64,000 bases of DNA, from NCBI GenBank assembly GCA_964187785.1, contig OZ076409.1, positions 22,012,001 through 22,076,000 of the forward strand, in the 5' to 3' direction. Below are positions 37,601-47,270 of the stretch, one piece after another. Numbering within the stretch: position 1 is the stretch's first letter; every line of letters starts with the position of its first letter. Position numbers and translations under genes: made by a program. Origin of the DNA: Amphiscolops sp. MND2022 (taxonomy: Eukaryota). The notes beneath the pieces are model-generated. The model did not search any database and had not been told where the DNA came from. It saw only the letters and a list, made by a program, of their open reading frames with translations.

Positions 37601-40600
37601 AAAGAATGTTGAGTCGAAGTTTAACTAGGACGTTTGCTATGCCATGAAAGGAATAGATAAACATGACGGTGAAAGCATGCAAACTTTAGGCGCCGACGTC
37701 TAACATGAAAATGTCAAGTACGACTGAAAATGAAATCATGACCACCCGAAACACGTGCTGTCAACAAATATAATAAATTACGTACTTGTAAACAAAAGAT
37801 GTTTGTTCGTATTAACACTCGCGCTTCTCGACAAGCGAGTAAGAGAGCTAGAAAAGAGTTGATTCTCGCGGACAAGAGACACTTTTAGAAGATTACGTTG
37901 TCGCTAGCTCAGAGTGGAGTTACTGACAAGTCCGGGACTTGCGATGTGGTTGACGTGGGAGCTTCAACAACATTCAATTAAGTCTAATGTACCTGGCTGA
38001 ATCGTAGATTCAATTGTTGTCGTATCCTTTTATTGGGAATTGTAGATAGTTTTTGATGAATATATTCGATTGGATGTTATTGTTATAATTCTCATATTCA
38101 ATTGAAATATGGCAATCTGGATTCGTGTGAGTTGATAGTCGTGCGCCGAAAGAGCAATATCTGGAGAGAGAAAATATCAGTAACTTGAGTCCGAAAACCC
38201 CTTACCCACCAAAACAAATTTTTCTTGCTAAGTAAGTTTCCACTTGGAGGTGAGTCTCTCCAGACCCCGAATTTGGATTTTCTTACAAGTAGAGTTGAAT
38301 CGATTTCCTTTTATTCAATTGTCTGTGCGACTTCTTCCTTTCAAAAATTGCGGATTTTAAATATTGACTTATACCTCACGAAAAGACCACAACTTTTGAT
38401 TTTTGTTATCTGACAATTTTTAAATGTCTGGAAATGTTGGTTTCGGAAGTACTCAACAATTCCAGCATTTTAGTAGCAGTCATGGGCTCAGCTGTAGGTG
38501 CATTTACCTTCCCCCGCTGGGAGTGTTGACGGACATTTTTGAGTGACGTCTGGACTCGTCTGAGTAAGAGCTGGAGTCTTCCAGAGTGGCCGCATTGTAG
38601 TTTGACGTCACACCCAACCCCACCCCAGTCTCGCTCTCCTCAGTAGTAGTGCCGGCAGTAGCCACTCCTCCCCCCGTCATTTTAGCTATGGCCACTTTTG
38701 CGTCATAAACAGCCCTCTGAGTCCTGCATAGCGCCAAACATGTTGAATGATTGTTAAACTTTTGTCAATTATAGGTAAAATTTTCGGGAAGAGTCCTTTT
38801 TGAACAAAAAGCTTTGTTACTTGGGGGATTGAAAGACAACTTTAAAAATTGCATGTTCCGCTGCCCATTTTGGTTTCTCGAGATCCTTCAAACTGTTCAC
38901 ATACTCTTAAATGTGAGTAGCGGACTATGAGTCATGGTCTTCATTCTGCGATAACTTTTTGGAACAATTCTAGATTATACATAAGAAAGAATAGTGCTCT
39001 GAGAAAATAGTTCATTTTCATTCTAAGCGATCAAATAAAATTTCAACATGCCGGCTCATGATATTGTGAAGTTTCGGCTGATTTTTGTCCCCCGAGCTCA
39101 TGTCGAAGTTAGTGCCCTTGTGATGCTTGACAGGGGGCATCCTAGTCGACGAACTTTTGAAGACCCCTTCGCTCGAGTCAGTGCTACTCTCCCCGTTCTG
39201 TATCATGTTGCTGACTTCTTCTGTGATCGGATAGGACGTCCTGTGTCCCACCGTTTTCTGAAGCAAAATCGATACTAACCTTTTTTTTGAAGCAAAAAAG
39301 CAAAAAGCTTTCGAATAGAAATTCTCAATTCGAAATAATCAACAACGACGACGCAACAATAATAATCTTTTTCTGTCAAAAGCATAGACTGTAACTATGA
39401 ACGAAACTAATTGGTAATACAAACTTGACAAAAATGGCAAAATAAATGGAAAGATGATCTTCAGATTCTCACTATGTTTAAAGTAGATTTTGTGATCCCT
39501 AAATCTGTTTTCATCCCTAAAATACAATTTTTTTCAATGAAGAAAGAATCATTTTCGGGGATTCAAAACTTACAAGATCAGCATAAGCAACAACGTATGG
39601 CTTGTCCTCTGAAAAGGGGCCAGTCAGGGGCTCGATACAAGAAAGAGGCGTGTCTCCACTGGCCGAGAACTGTGACGTCACCCGACTGGTCATTTTGTCT
39701 CCCCCCTTTTTGCCCACTGCTGAGCCACCCAAAGTCGCGGCCCCTGCAGCCATGCTCTCTCCAATGCTGCCCACCCCCACGGCACCCCCCTCCGACTCGT
39801 CGCCTGTGATACCTAACACGGGAGTGCTGGTCTTGGCGTTGTCGGACTCGGTGCCCGTCGTGCCCGACCCCCCATGATCTGAATAACTTTTGCCCCCTCC
39901 CGTGGAAGCTGAATTTGTGGGGAAACCCCCCACTGTCTGGTCCCCTGACGCCGAAAACGAACCTTTCTTTTTCCTGAAAAAAAAACTAAAATGAAGTTCA
40001 ACATTTATCACAATGAAATGGGTTTAGGTGAAGAATAATCTCGTGCAAATCGAAGTTTAATTCACCAGACGATTTTTAACGATACAAGCTTCGCAGTTTT
40101 AGATATTTTAGTTAATTTTCCACAGAGTTGTTTTTGGGAACAGTTGTACTTTGTTTTATTTCCCCATTTTCCATTCAAAATACAGTTTTCCTTAAAATTC
40201 TGATAGATGTTTCTTACAAAAAATCAGTTCAGCAGTAGCAGTGCTTTGTTGTAGTAGCACGTTTCCCCATTGAAAACAGGACTTTTCAGGCTTTTGTTAT
40301 CTTATTCTAACTATACACAACCTTCGAGCCCTTGAATTCGGCGTCGATCTAAAGTTGACAAGTTGTCAAAAATATAGTGCTCAAAAACGCAAGTTTTCCA
40401 GTGGAAAACTAAAGGATGTCATTCAGGTGCTTGTGTTATAGAGCGTGGCGATATTTATTCAGGGTGACCTGACCTGTGTGACCTTTTCTCCTGTGCTGCT
40501 CTGTCCTCGATGACATTGACCTTGACAGGAATCTGGACCTCACCCTCATTGTAGAGACGCACTGTAGGCTGTGACTCCTTCAAACTGACCTTCTCCTTCG

Positions 40601-43600
40601 CAGCTGGCTCCTCCTCTTCCTCCTTTTTCTACAACAGTCAAAAGCCGAATTTGAAAAATGGTTAGTTATAGGCAGGTCAATACAACTGCCTTACAACGTT
40701 CCATACGCTTTAATATATTAGAAAAACCATGTGGATTTTTTAACATCTTGAATTGGGCAAATTCATTACAAAAAGTTATTTGGAACCAAATGGTTCCACT
40801 TCTGGTGAATTGTGGATTTGCTCAATTTCCATGAAACAAAGTTTACAATATTAATGGCCTTTTTTTCGAGCTTCCGTCACTTAATTTTCGGGGCTATTTT
40901 TCAATTCTGAATTGGTTCTCATAACGCAGCTATGGTTTGGGAACAGAAAAGAACCAATATGTCATCACAGTCCAACATGTGTAGGGTGAAAGGAGGAAAA
41001 AGTTCCAAAGGACAAACAAGACGAACGCTGGGCCGCGGGTTTTTCAGCCGCGAACTAAATTAGCTGCGACAAGATTCAAGAGTTAGAGTTTCTACACCTT
41101 TCAATTCATTTCACGGTTTTTGTTGAAAAACACTGAATGAATGTTTCTCCCGAAAAGTATTTATTATACTGCAGTTTATATAAGGTTAAGAAAATAGAGG
41201 GTTGTCGAGGGAAAACCATTTGGTCCAAAAAACCTAGTCCTTGAGATTTCGGGTGTTTCGTACAGGGTGTTTAGACGGCATACAGACACAATATAACCTT
41301 CTAAAAACCATTTCGTTTCACCGATGAAAGGTTGGCCATGTCTCATGATGTCAGATTGTTGTGTTGATTGCGACTTATTTCTATCGGCCCTAACTTCGGA
41401 CTTGTCTATTGTGATAATCAAATTTTAATTCCACACTTTTAGTTGGAAATAGACGAGAATATCTCAAGTTGGCGCCTCGCTTGAAGCTCAAAAATGGTTT
41501 TATATAAGCTTAGGTTTTATTTGAAGTAAATCTTTCAGATACAATAGTGCCCACAAAACCCAAAGGAGCCTTTCATGCTCAGATGATGCCTTTCTCTGAC
41601 TAAAAACATCAGAGAAACAGATCCACGGAAAACAATCTCGGAAAAAACCGAAGGGGAAACTTTCGCGCTCTTGAAACGTATTGCCTCAACTGAAAACATG
41701 AAAAAAGCCAAGGCAGGATTCTTTGGTGGAATGGAAATATAACCGGAAAATAGTCGCAGTGACAAAACAAACGCTGATGGAGGACCCTTCGGTATGAAAT
41801 AGTTTCGAGGATATGGTAAAAACTGTGAAAAACTCAAAGGTAGTTGTACTATTTAGCATCCTATTAGCAAGTACTATTAGCAAGTACTATTAGCAAGTAC
41901 TATTTAGCATCCTTGTTCTGTTTCGGTATCGTTCAGAATGTAGGCGTAAATTCTGTGACACGTTGCCTGAAAAACTTTGCTTCTGTAACATTGTGGTACT
42001 TTGTTGCAAAATGCGTTGACTAAAATGCTCGAAACTGTGTGCAATATCAAAAATACTGTCAATGTATTTCGCAGCACTTAATATTCAGTTGCAGGGTATA
42101 CTACTGTCCTTACATTCACTATCTTTTAATCCCCTTCACTGGATTCCGAATTCAACCGTCGACTGTGTATGGTTTCATTTTTAAATGCAAAGTCGGTTTT
42201 TTTCGCGTTCGTCTGATTTTTAGTAGGCGCTTTTCTTAAGAGTCGACTATAGTCATGGCTTTTCGTCAGTATTTTTTTCGATACACCTGAAGTGACCAAA
42301 ATAGTTCTACCAAAAGTTCTGCAAAATTTTAGGGTACTACAAAATTGTACCTGCTGGCCCAGGGAACTGAACCAACAAGATTTTTCTTTTTTACGCGTAA
42401 TGTACAATAACGGGCGAAACTAAACCCCCTTTCAATTTTTACGGCATTGTGAGACTTTTCCCCTTCTTTTTTGGAGTTTTGGGACAAAATGGATGTTGAA
42501 AAATTCCCAAGGGTCCCCTTTCAGTTTTTTCGGCATTGACACAATTGATCACCAAAAAGAACGTTTTTCAACCCTGCAGCTTCTCATCTTTGGGTTTTTT
42601 GCCATGTACAACTTGTTTTCATCAATTTTGATGTTTTTTTGATGATTACATCAAACGAAAAGTGTTTTTCGAAGCCGCAGGTTGCCTCCAGATATTTGTT
42701 ACCACTCTGCAAGTCATGAAAACTTCCTAAAAACATCTTGGGCATTTTAATGAGACTTTGACTTTTTCGAGCCTTGAGCGGGCGCCGACTTTAGACGTTC
42801 CAGGCTTGTTCAAACTTAGGTCTTCTGATACCGTTTCTAAAACAACTCGAATAACGAAAGATAAATCCTCTTGAAGCAGTTTTTTGACAGTATATTCAAG
42901 CTATATCAGGTCTGTGCGGAAGCAAGTACTTGCCAGTTGAGTTTTAGGTGCCTAATATGAATTGCATTGGTACTGATACTGTTTCTAAAACAACTCGAAT
43001 AACGAAAGATAAATCCTCTTGAAGCAGTTTTTGACATTATATTCAAGCAATATCAGGTCTGTGCGGAAGCAAGTACCTGCCAGTTGAGTTTTGGGTGCCT
43101 AATATGAATTGCATTGGTACTGATACTGTTTCTAAAACAACTCGAATAACGAAAGATAAATCCTCTTGAAGCAGTTTTTTGACATTATATTCCAGCTATA
43201 TCAGGTCTGTGCGGAAGCAAGTACCTGCCAGTTAAGTTTTGGGTGCCTAATATGAATTGCATTGGTACTGATACTGTTTCAAAAACAACTCGAATAACGA
43301 AAGATAAATCCTCTTGAAGCAGTTTTTTGACATTATATTCAAGCTATATCAGGTCTTTGCGGAAGCAAGTACCTGCCAGTTGAGTTTTGGGTGCCTAAAA
43401 TGAATTGCATTGGTACTGATACTGTTTCTAAAACAACTCGAATAACGAAAGATAAATCCTCTTGAAGCAGTTTTTTGACATTATATTCAAGCTATATCAG
43501 GTCTTTGCGGAAGCAAGTACCTGCCAGTTGAGTTTTGGGTGCCTAATATGAATTGCATTGGTTAAAGAGAAAATAGAGAGAAAAAGTATCAGGAATGAAA

Positions 43601-45986
43601 ATCAAGTGGGATTAGTTTGATTCTCCAGTTATATGGAAATCCTAGAAACAAAAAGCAGTGGCGCGGTAAACTTGTGAAGCCGAGTATTTGGCCCTTGCTT
43701 TAATTGTACAGGAAACGTCCATGTTGGTAAACATTATGAAGGCAATTGGACAAAATTCGAAAGTCAATGTGTGCTGTGACAATTTGAGTTCTAAGCATCT
43801 TAAAGACAACCCTATTTTCGCCCACAGATCGAAACATATTGACAAAGTATTACTACTTACGCCAGTTTTTCAAAACCAATTACTCAAAGCTGAATTAATT
43901 GAAAACTCAGAAAATGCAAGCTGATGTTTCAACATAACTCCCTGTAAAGTCAAGATTCATCGAACTCAGAGAACAATTAATGTTTCATTAGCTGAGGGGG
44001 CGTGTTGGGATAACTAAAATTGTAGAAACATAACTGAAATTGACTCATGATTTGACTTATTTCTTATTGTTCCATTTATTATATCTTTCAGTTTTTCTCT
44101 GTGATTTATCGCAACAAACGGTAACCAAATCAACCAAACCTCTTCCATGTCATTTTTGTAACTATCCAAAATGAACTACCATACTACAGTTATCTGACAA
44201 AGTGCATATTACGTTGAAAAAGGGTTCCATCCGGAAATTTGATTTGGCTCTTTTCTGTTTCCCCCCCCACCACCAAATTTTTTAATGGAAAATTTGCGAA
44301 AATCTTATAAAAAATCGACTTGAATACAAATTAGAAAGCTTCAGTTTTAAATTTTACCTCAGGGTGATAGTTTAGGATTCAGATACAAACTCTGTTCACA
44401 GTTTTTCCCTATGTAGTTATGCATTTTTGATGCAAAAATCAGCAGCTTCCTGTTTTGAGTCATCAATAAACACTAAATACGAACATAATTATAGTCAAAG
44501 TGTGTGAACAATCTTCTGTTCGAGCGGAAAACTACTTCAATAGAAGTTAACTTCCTGTTATGAAAGAAGGTTTTACTTTTAATCAGGTTAGTCTAAAGTT
44601 TTTAAGGAAAGTTATTTTCAAAAATTTTGGTGGTGGGGGGAAAAACAGAAAAGAGCCTTTGATTTTATCTGATTCGCCTCGAAAAAGGTAGTTTTCAATT
44701 CTTACTACGAAAGGACTTTTGTCTTTCGAAATTCATCCATGAAAAGTTTTGTATTTGACGGTTTCGACAGTGAACAAACGAGCGTCAATTGCTATCCAAA
44801 TTAGGTCTCTTAAACAATGCAAGGAAAGAACTTACTTGCGTAGGCACCATAGGAAATGAGATGAGACGTTTATAGTGATTTTCTGGCAATTTATTTTGCT
44901 TTGTTTCAATTCAGTCGAAGCGACAATAATAGTTTTTCAGTTCTGCACTTTACTTCCAAGATCTAAGGCTTTACGTTAAAGATTAAAAAGCTGACCCAAA
45001 ATTCTAGGTTTTCACCATTTGTACATGCAGTACAAAAATTTATGTCCGGGAAAGGAAAAAGAGCAACACGAAAGAGTGCTTAGCCCAAGCAATTTATATT
45101 TCACTTCGAAAGTTCTTGTAATGTACTGGGGGCTGTATCATCGAATAAGTTGTCACCCATAATCGTATCATTTGAGTCGATTTTCATGTTCAAAAAGTTA
45201 GAAAAGGTTCATTATTCTTAACCTCGGAACATCAGATTTTAAACAGATCGAGTACCAAAGCTTGCAAACCTACAATCTCAACTTTGTCAGTTGAAAACTA
45301 TTGTTTCACTTTGTAGTGATTTGTCGCAAACACTGTTGCGAAGATCGAAATTGACACCGACTATACAACAATGGGGAAAAACCACGGTATAATATTTGTT
45401 CTTTGATTAGAAAAGTTAGGAGGCATTGATCCCCAGTAAAAAGAGTTTTTAGATGTTATGAAAATGAATTAAGTTTTAAAAAAAGTTTAACTATACCCTC
45501 GGAATGGGAGTTGAACTTCGGGCAGACCAAAAATGACCGTACGGATATGTTGCTGCAAAATCGTAAGTTTAGACAGGACATTTGTTTTTAAACAAAAATG
45601 ATAGGAAACCCATCAATTGCATTTAATTTGCGTTCACTGAAATCAAAAATTTTAACCGGTTTCAAAATGAAATGACAGGTATCCATTAGTTGGCATGAAT
45701 TTTAAATGAAAATATTTTTTAGGATCCCTGGTGGTATTGATAATATTGTGCAATGTTTACCATGACTTCCAAAGCTGAATCAGCAAGGTCAAGTAATAGT
45801 AATTTCTGACTTTCGAGGAAATATGACTCCTATGATTGAGGGGTCAAAATGTCAAGTTGATGAATCAATACTGACCTTGGTGGGTTTCCTCGTGTACCAG
45901 ACAAGGAGGAAAACTGCCAGTCCGGCTAACAGACACACAGTGACTCCCAGCACCGACAGAGCTGCGACCTCGAGAATGGCTGCCAT
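19384..45986 (-). CDS. Host gene, 11 coding exons, ~797-aa single-pass membrane protein with long low-complexity tail (unknown family)
   Basis: Exons (minus strand): 45876-45986, 40474-40628, 39574-39973, 39052-39257, 38508-38723, 35877-36090, 34705-34787, 28120-28350, 27192-27488, 20017-20196, 19384-19684. These are GC-richer islands with AG acceptors, and their phases join into a 2394-nt stop-free frame. Some boundaries have alternatives, and two donors are non-GT. Confidence 0.65.
20017..20196 (-). CDS. Host gene exon 10 (HSSILLTESSTEAKVKKPLWKTPFAYIKV...)
   Basis: Strong acceptor ttttttctacag, phase 2. Putative GA donor CAG|gaatga gives 180 nt, phase 2->2. Confidence 0.6.
21471..21482 (+). 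promoter_or_regulatory. Primer-binding site (probably tRNA-Ser)
   Basis: TGGCGCAGTC immediately follows the 5' LTR and is complementary to a tRNA 3' end ...GACUGCGCCA. Confidence 0.7.
21510..22667 (+). CDS. gag: Gypsy Gag (two CCHC knuckles) and start of aspartic protease
   Basis: CHFCGKSNWTPDHTC and CNNCKKSGHFAKVC, then IIDTGSPVTII. The frame is lost near 22605. Confidence 0.9.
   Translation: MENTSNNNETDPTAVNQTTVERTERNKYKIPILSDRETDLSKANPKMWWEQISEYIDLTYQKKLDELMEQGTDSMDPHTTYHIKGDVIWALGPKAKHEIMRGQWGKELKDISLQELLKLFKKTFLPTRNVFHSRAQFFNIKQEDGETLDEYWKRLVDIERKCEFNTITPEDIISYKFAATINDKKARDKFIKGPLKLSLILETIELDNYNRKYGDKQTTSKRQRKNPSESTSDEEQVGYTKPATKKKATFTAKKRNTERNCHFCGKSNWTPDHTCPARKAKCNNCKKSGHFAKVCRSRTVNRIQEEDTGSNTESWPEIDQIQSVNGINRVDFYKAILLVDGQSIEFIIDTGSPVTIIPPIITPKQKKVFRGRKQKPDRIQRRSNS
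22618..24045 (+). CDS. pol: Gypsy Pol: end of protease, reverse transcriptase, RNase H (frameshifted)
   Basis: LLGLDWL, KIDLDYAYGQ, WLDDII, TTDACNTGLGATL, ERKYAINELE. Confidence 0.93.
   Translation: MDVNKNPIEFKGEAIVEVKTEKTKVMLPILITEKKNTQPLLGLDWLDKLEIGLQGSHETNIIRSITTNEKGEKIFKEFEDLFKNNHTIKNLTIDIQLKEDAKPIQQKGRPVPIHFQKIVKKELEKLIEKGHLEKADKTTENCFVSPAVITIKKDKSVKIALDSRKLNESCIKRKATMPNMEELISQISANITQNNGEIWMSKIDLDYAYGQAKLSAEASRHCVFSIIGGDFTGHYRFKKGFYGLSDIPTVFQEHIDKVLEFKTPVWLDDIICVTNGTIEEHDRELREVLIKLQEAGYRASERKTELFKKELTWLGYLINQEAVKPIKDKTEAITKLKAPTNTKELKSFLGSIQHLSKFLNLFKKTDRMRKLLKKDVKWEWTKEINDDFEQLKKEITETPCLAHFDPKKDNFITTDACNTGLGATLWQKENETFRPVAFASRFLTECERKYAINELELLGVLWASNISDITFTEKK
24161..26095 (+). CDS. 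pol: Gypsy Pol: RNase H end, long spacer, integrase
   Basis: N...DYLSRHP; HHCC finger (HSGH...CPSC); DFAGP; TDNGSCF; NGLVERTIRTIK. Confidence 0.92.
   Translation: MQYTAGKNIPLTDYLSRHPIIHEHETETPHGGDESEAEEEFVINQIYGLFEFNRTNGSITQHMRRPPPVKNSDQSERRTQVRKQNDREHSIQTFSPQKDIDSPNNSNFDSQAPKMSKMDKVNGIDLQFIFKKRGHSPETSRLRTERFKLLQPNRTRIVGKGKDNERILEYRPSQQDRKEIEKLNILIYNRFFYHCEKFGTTPLREFNENLHESWINTSSDNESQISHVKTEKCPTNILKKFKKHESINLIRLKQTAKRNVLPEERNEKTAEMIRRAERDFSMDLPLLVEENAQDTKILDAIIALEAGKGDGIFYPYRPHREHLETRFGLLFYNDRIVIPEAMRSTIIAMLHSGHVSINKMDKSAEAFWWPGLHRDIREKAENCPSCRVAGKNLKTQLPQTEINRLELLTEPGQEIQLDFAGPIKSKSRGDIYILVAIDRFSKWPTAQICKNTDSRTVIKFLTKYCTDNGTPKTIRTDNGSCFKSNEFKDYCNGENIKRIRCTPNLHTGNGLVERTIRTIKSLTRANLEDGLTFEESVARAIKTIRQTPHNILKMTPFQLHHGRKPRTPITNLIGQPTCLLADWKKTLTNYFLAHPAELQVFTVHDSDGELADYLVLNESRKRGRSVRDNFESYQFLKRKPSPMQ
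26092..26787 (+). CDS. C-terminal extension of Gypsy integrase (frameshifted), with a Cys/His motif and low-complexity tail
   Basis: Follows the integrase ORF with a 4-nt overlap. Contains CNRCGRFSHDDLCDTH and ends RRSDRIKS..., 133 bp before the PPT. Confidence 0.7.
   Translation: MKCRFKTNKILTAANETKHTITTTDGKVIHKKLASNPFKFQPAKKTEEPRKPTNRCNRCGRFSHDDLCDTHKTIRSEQQGQSTSADKTIPTMPIERSEARPDITVISDSQSSHADELPSTANIDPELTITAEIKYDDAVKPTEDTRDNETPAISPPVDCSTEKTKRTAKNFDNTPTGSPQKKHTSPNRGVVELNLDGGENIENKVVEKGIRRSDRIKSAKRVVKMGGIEYF
27192..27488 (-). CDS. Host gene exon 9 (LASTTPDEEATRSES...ERERERER...)
   Basis: Acceptor tttccag, donor AA|gtgagt, 297 nt, phase 2->2. Confidence 0.7.
28120..28350 (-). CDS. Host gene exon 8 (SEKEDKSFQLNSSRLQHQMEEG...)
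   Basis: Acceptor ttttcag, phase 2. Donor GG|gttcgt keeps phase 2; a stronger gtgagt donor near 28180 gives phase 0. Confidence 0.65.
28685..28896. mobile_element. MITE (TA-CCCTAGTTGAA...TTCGACTAGGG-TA)
   Basis: Terminal inverted repeat flanked by TA. Related to 281-832. Confidence 0.6.
29420..29590. repeat. Degenerate ~30-bp minisatellite
   Basis: Recurring gaataa...aaaatcactgtattc units. Confidence 0.4.
30200..30573 (-). mobile_element. Partial Helentron/HINE-like repeat
   Basis: Shares gacatccattctgttgcaaaatatgaaaaaaatgaa and catagtgcc blocks with 50279-50789, and ends cgccgactaaa. Confidence 0.55.
31049..31452 (-). pseudogene. Degenerate Gag-N-terminus-like coiled-coil ORF (retroelement remnant?)
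   Basis: MLEKSQKRKLRR...ITSKVEHKMSKRLRDTEHCQREILKLIENLSAKIDNLTSSSS, with an internal break. Composition resembles the coiled-coil start of the Gag at 59974. No downstream pol and no LTR pair found. Confidence 0.3.
33172..33264 (-). CDS. Possible alternative terminal exon of the host gene (TQSCCGEINQMGTPEERSEESDQKETEKLA*)
   Basis: Acceptor gtcacag and an acidic coding-like frame in phase 0. A minus-strand AATAAA lies at 33096-33101 in AT-rich UTR-like sequence. Confidence 0.4.
   Translation of the reverse strand, partial: TQSCCGEINQMGTPEERSEESDQKETEKLA
34107..34432 (+). mobile_element. Dispersed repeat carrying a tRNA-derived (Pol III A/B box) segment; HINE-like 3' end
   Basis: A box TGGCTCATTTGG and B box GGTTCGAACCC at 34314-34372. 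3' hairpin cccg-gtgcttag-cggg followed by cgtcttgtt. Partial second copy at 15277-15413. Confidence 0.6.
34705..34787 (-). CDS. Host gene exon 7 (HPFYEKDEDASGGRESPSGGSEPSPTS)
   Basis: Donor CAG|gtcagt, phase 0->2. The acceptor is weak. Confidence 0.55.
35877..36090 (-). CDS. Host gene exon 6 (NYYSEYSVSISPQ...GGGGG)
   Basis: Acceptor tgtttcag, phase 2. Donor AGG|gtgccc, phase 0. Confidence 0.65.
37918..38185 (+). repeat. Probable lone LTR with AGTTAC...GTAACT ends
   Basis: 9-bp terminal inverted repeat AGTTACTGA/TCAGTAACT, preceded by purine-rich agagtgg. No partner LTR found. Confidence 0.4.
38508..38723 (-). CDS. Host gene exon 5
   Basis: Acceptor tgcag, donor AAG|gtaaat, 216 nt, phase 2->2. 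Confidence 0.7.
39052..39257 (-). CDS. Host gene exon 4 (KTVGHRTSYPITEEV...)
   Basis: Acceptor ttttgcttcag, phase 0. Putative GC donor CCG|gcatgt, phase 2. Confidence 0.6.
39574..39973 (-). CDS. Host gene exon 3 (Gly/Ser/Thr-rich)
   Basis: Acceptor tttttcag, donor |gtaagt, phase 2->0. Lies within ORF 39517-40011. Confidence 0.75.
40474..40628 (-). CDS. Host gene exon 2 (KKEEEEEPAAKEKVSLKESQPTVRLYNEGEVQIPV...)
   Basis: Acceptor tgtag, donor CAG|gtcagg, phase 0->2. Confidence 0.6.
42220..42810 (+). mobile_element. Helentron/HINE-like non-autonomous repeat
   Basis: Begins ttagtaggcgc and ends ggcgccgactttagacgttccaggcttgtt. Internal aagggtccccttt/ggatgtt blocks as in 9877-10370. Confidence 0.6.
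42825..43562. repeat. Tandem array, 5 x ~148 bp, nearly identical units
   Basis: Units start ctgatac at 42825, 42973, 43120, 43268 and 43416. Confidence 0.95.
43600..44116 (+). pseudogene. Ty1/Copia 3' remnant: RNase H, PPT and short LTR (44003-44116)
   Basis: PVIWKS*KQKAVAR*TCEAEYLAL...CDNLSS...NPIFAHRSKHID. PPT GAGGGGG. LTR ends TGTTGGGATAA...TTATCGCAACA. Confidence 0.8.
44246..44657. mobile_element. MITE, PIF/Harbinger-like (GGC termini, 3-bp TTT flanks)
   Basis: ~35-bp TIR ggctcttttctgtttcccccccaccaccaaattt / aaattttggtggtggggggaaaaacagaaaagagcc. A related left end occurs at ~18044. Confidence 0.75.
45876..45986 (-). CDS. Host gene exon 1: MAAILEVAALSVLGVTVCLLAGLAVFLLVWYTRKPTK (signal-anchor/TM)
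   Basis: ATG in a gaaATGG context, ~25 hydrophobic residues followed by basic residues, donor AAG|gtcagt. Confidence 0.7.
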
Positions 45987-47063
45987 TTCTGCGCTCTACT
46001 TGTACTTGTATTTGTATTATTTACTGGTACTGTACGTGTGGGTTAGTAGTATTAGAACTAAGCTTCGAACTGTTGATGTATATCAAATTAGACTTGTGCT
46101 AGCTTCTGTTGGTTGTTTGTTATCTTCTCGTTAATTTAGTCCTCTCGTCGAATTTCTTCACTTCTCACAATCGTTCGTTGATCTTTAACTTCTTCTCCGG
46201 TTGGGCATTAGAAATACAAAAGCAGGCAAAAACAGTCGTGAATTAAGTTGCAATAAATAACAAACAATCACAGCTTGGGTGGCCTAGTTAGTACAACAGT
46301 AGGGGTAAGCGAAGAAACTACTAGTAATAGGAGAAACCCGACTAAAAGACTACCGGCGGCTGTGGTTTACCTGTATGCAATCAGCACTACTGCTATAATC
46401 ACGAATTTGAACCCATAAACAGCTTTTCCATGACGATGATGACGTTATTTTTTTCCCAGAATTTTTCATTTCAGCGAACTTCGATTCAATAATAGTAGTG
46501 GATTGATCAGCCTTTGTACATGACTCTGCCTCCGTGTTTTTGTCCAATCTGTTTTTTTTCGGTTTAACTAAATTGATCAGCTCGACATGTGTGAATGGAA
46601 GATTATTTAGTGCTTGCTTTACGTACAGGGGTCCAGTTCAAACAACTGAGTTGAAGAAAAGTCAGTAGTAGCTTGTTGAACAAATTAAACCCGCCACCAA
46701 CCAACGCATGCACAAGTTGAGTGAGAAGAATCACAAGCAGCAAGGATTCATTATCAAGAATGGAAAAGTCGCAATCAGTCACACCTTTACTACCAAAAAT
46801 GCCACTCAATGAGTCACCAAGCCTTCTTTGTTCATGACGCACTCGCTTTCCATTGGATGAGTGGATGCAAAAATTAGGAAAAAGTGGGAGTTGAGAAATT
46901 CCATTGATGACGTTGCGTTAAAAATTGATTACGTTGAAAAAAGTAATCAGTGATTTTGTCACTAAAAGTGCTTGACAGTATAAAAATTTCATAAATGATC
47001 ATAAAGACTTGATCTACTGAATGAATCAAGTGTATTCAGTGTTTCTGAAAATTTGACCTCACT

Positions 47064-47270
47064 TCCCGGGTCGACCTTCTTACTAGCATCTTGGCTGTCT
47101 TGGCAAGATCTTACCAAATTCTTACTACATCTTGGCAACCATGGAACCCATGGCAAGATTCTTAAGATCTTACTAAGATAATACATTATTCCAAGATCGT
47201 ATCTTATCACTATGGACCAAATTCTAAGATTATAAAAAACACTAAACCATAGGTACAAGCAGCCGGGACT
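47064..47270. mobile_element. MITE with AAGATCTT sub-repeats (second, partial copy at ~47995-48135)
   Basis: tcccgggtcgacc...agccggga ends. catggcaagatctt repeats are shared with 48015-48135, which ends ggtcaacccgggt. Confidence 0.55.

Noticed and set aside
42825..43562. CRISPR-like array
   Set aside because: Units are head-to-tail near-identical with no unique spacers; eukaryotic context and no cas genes.
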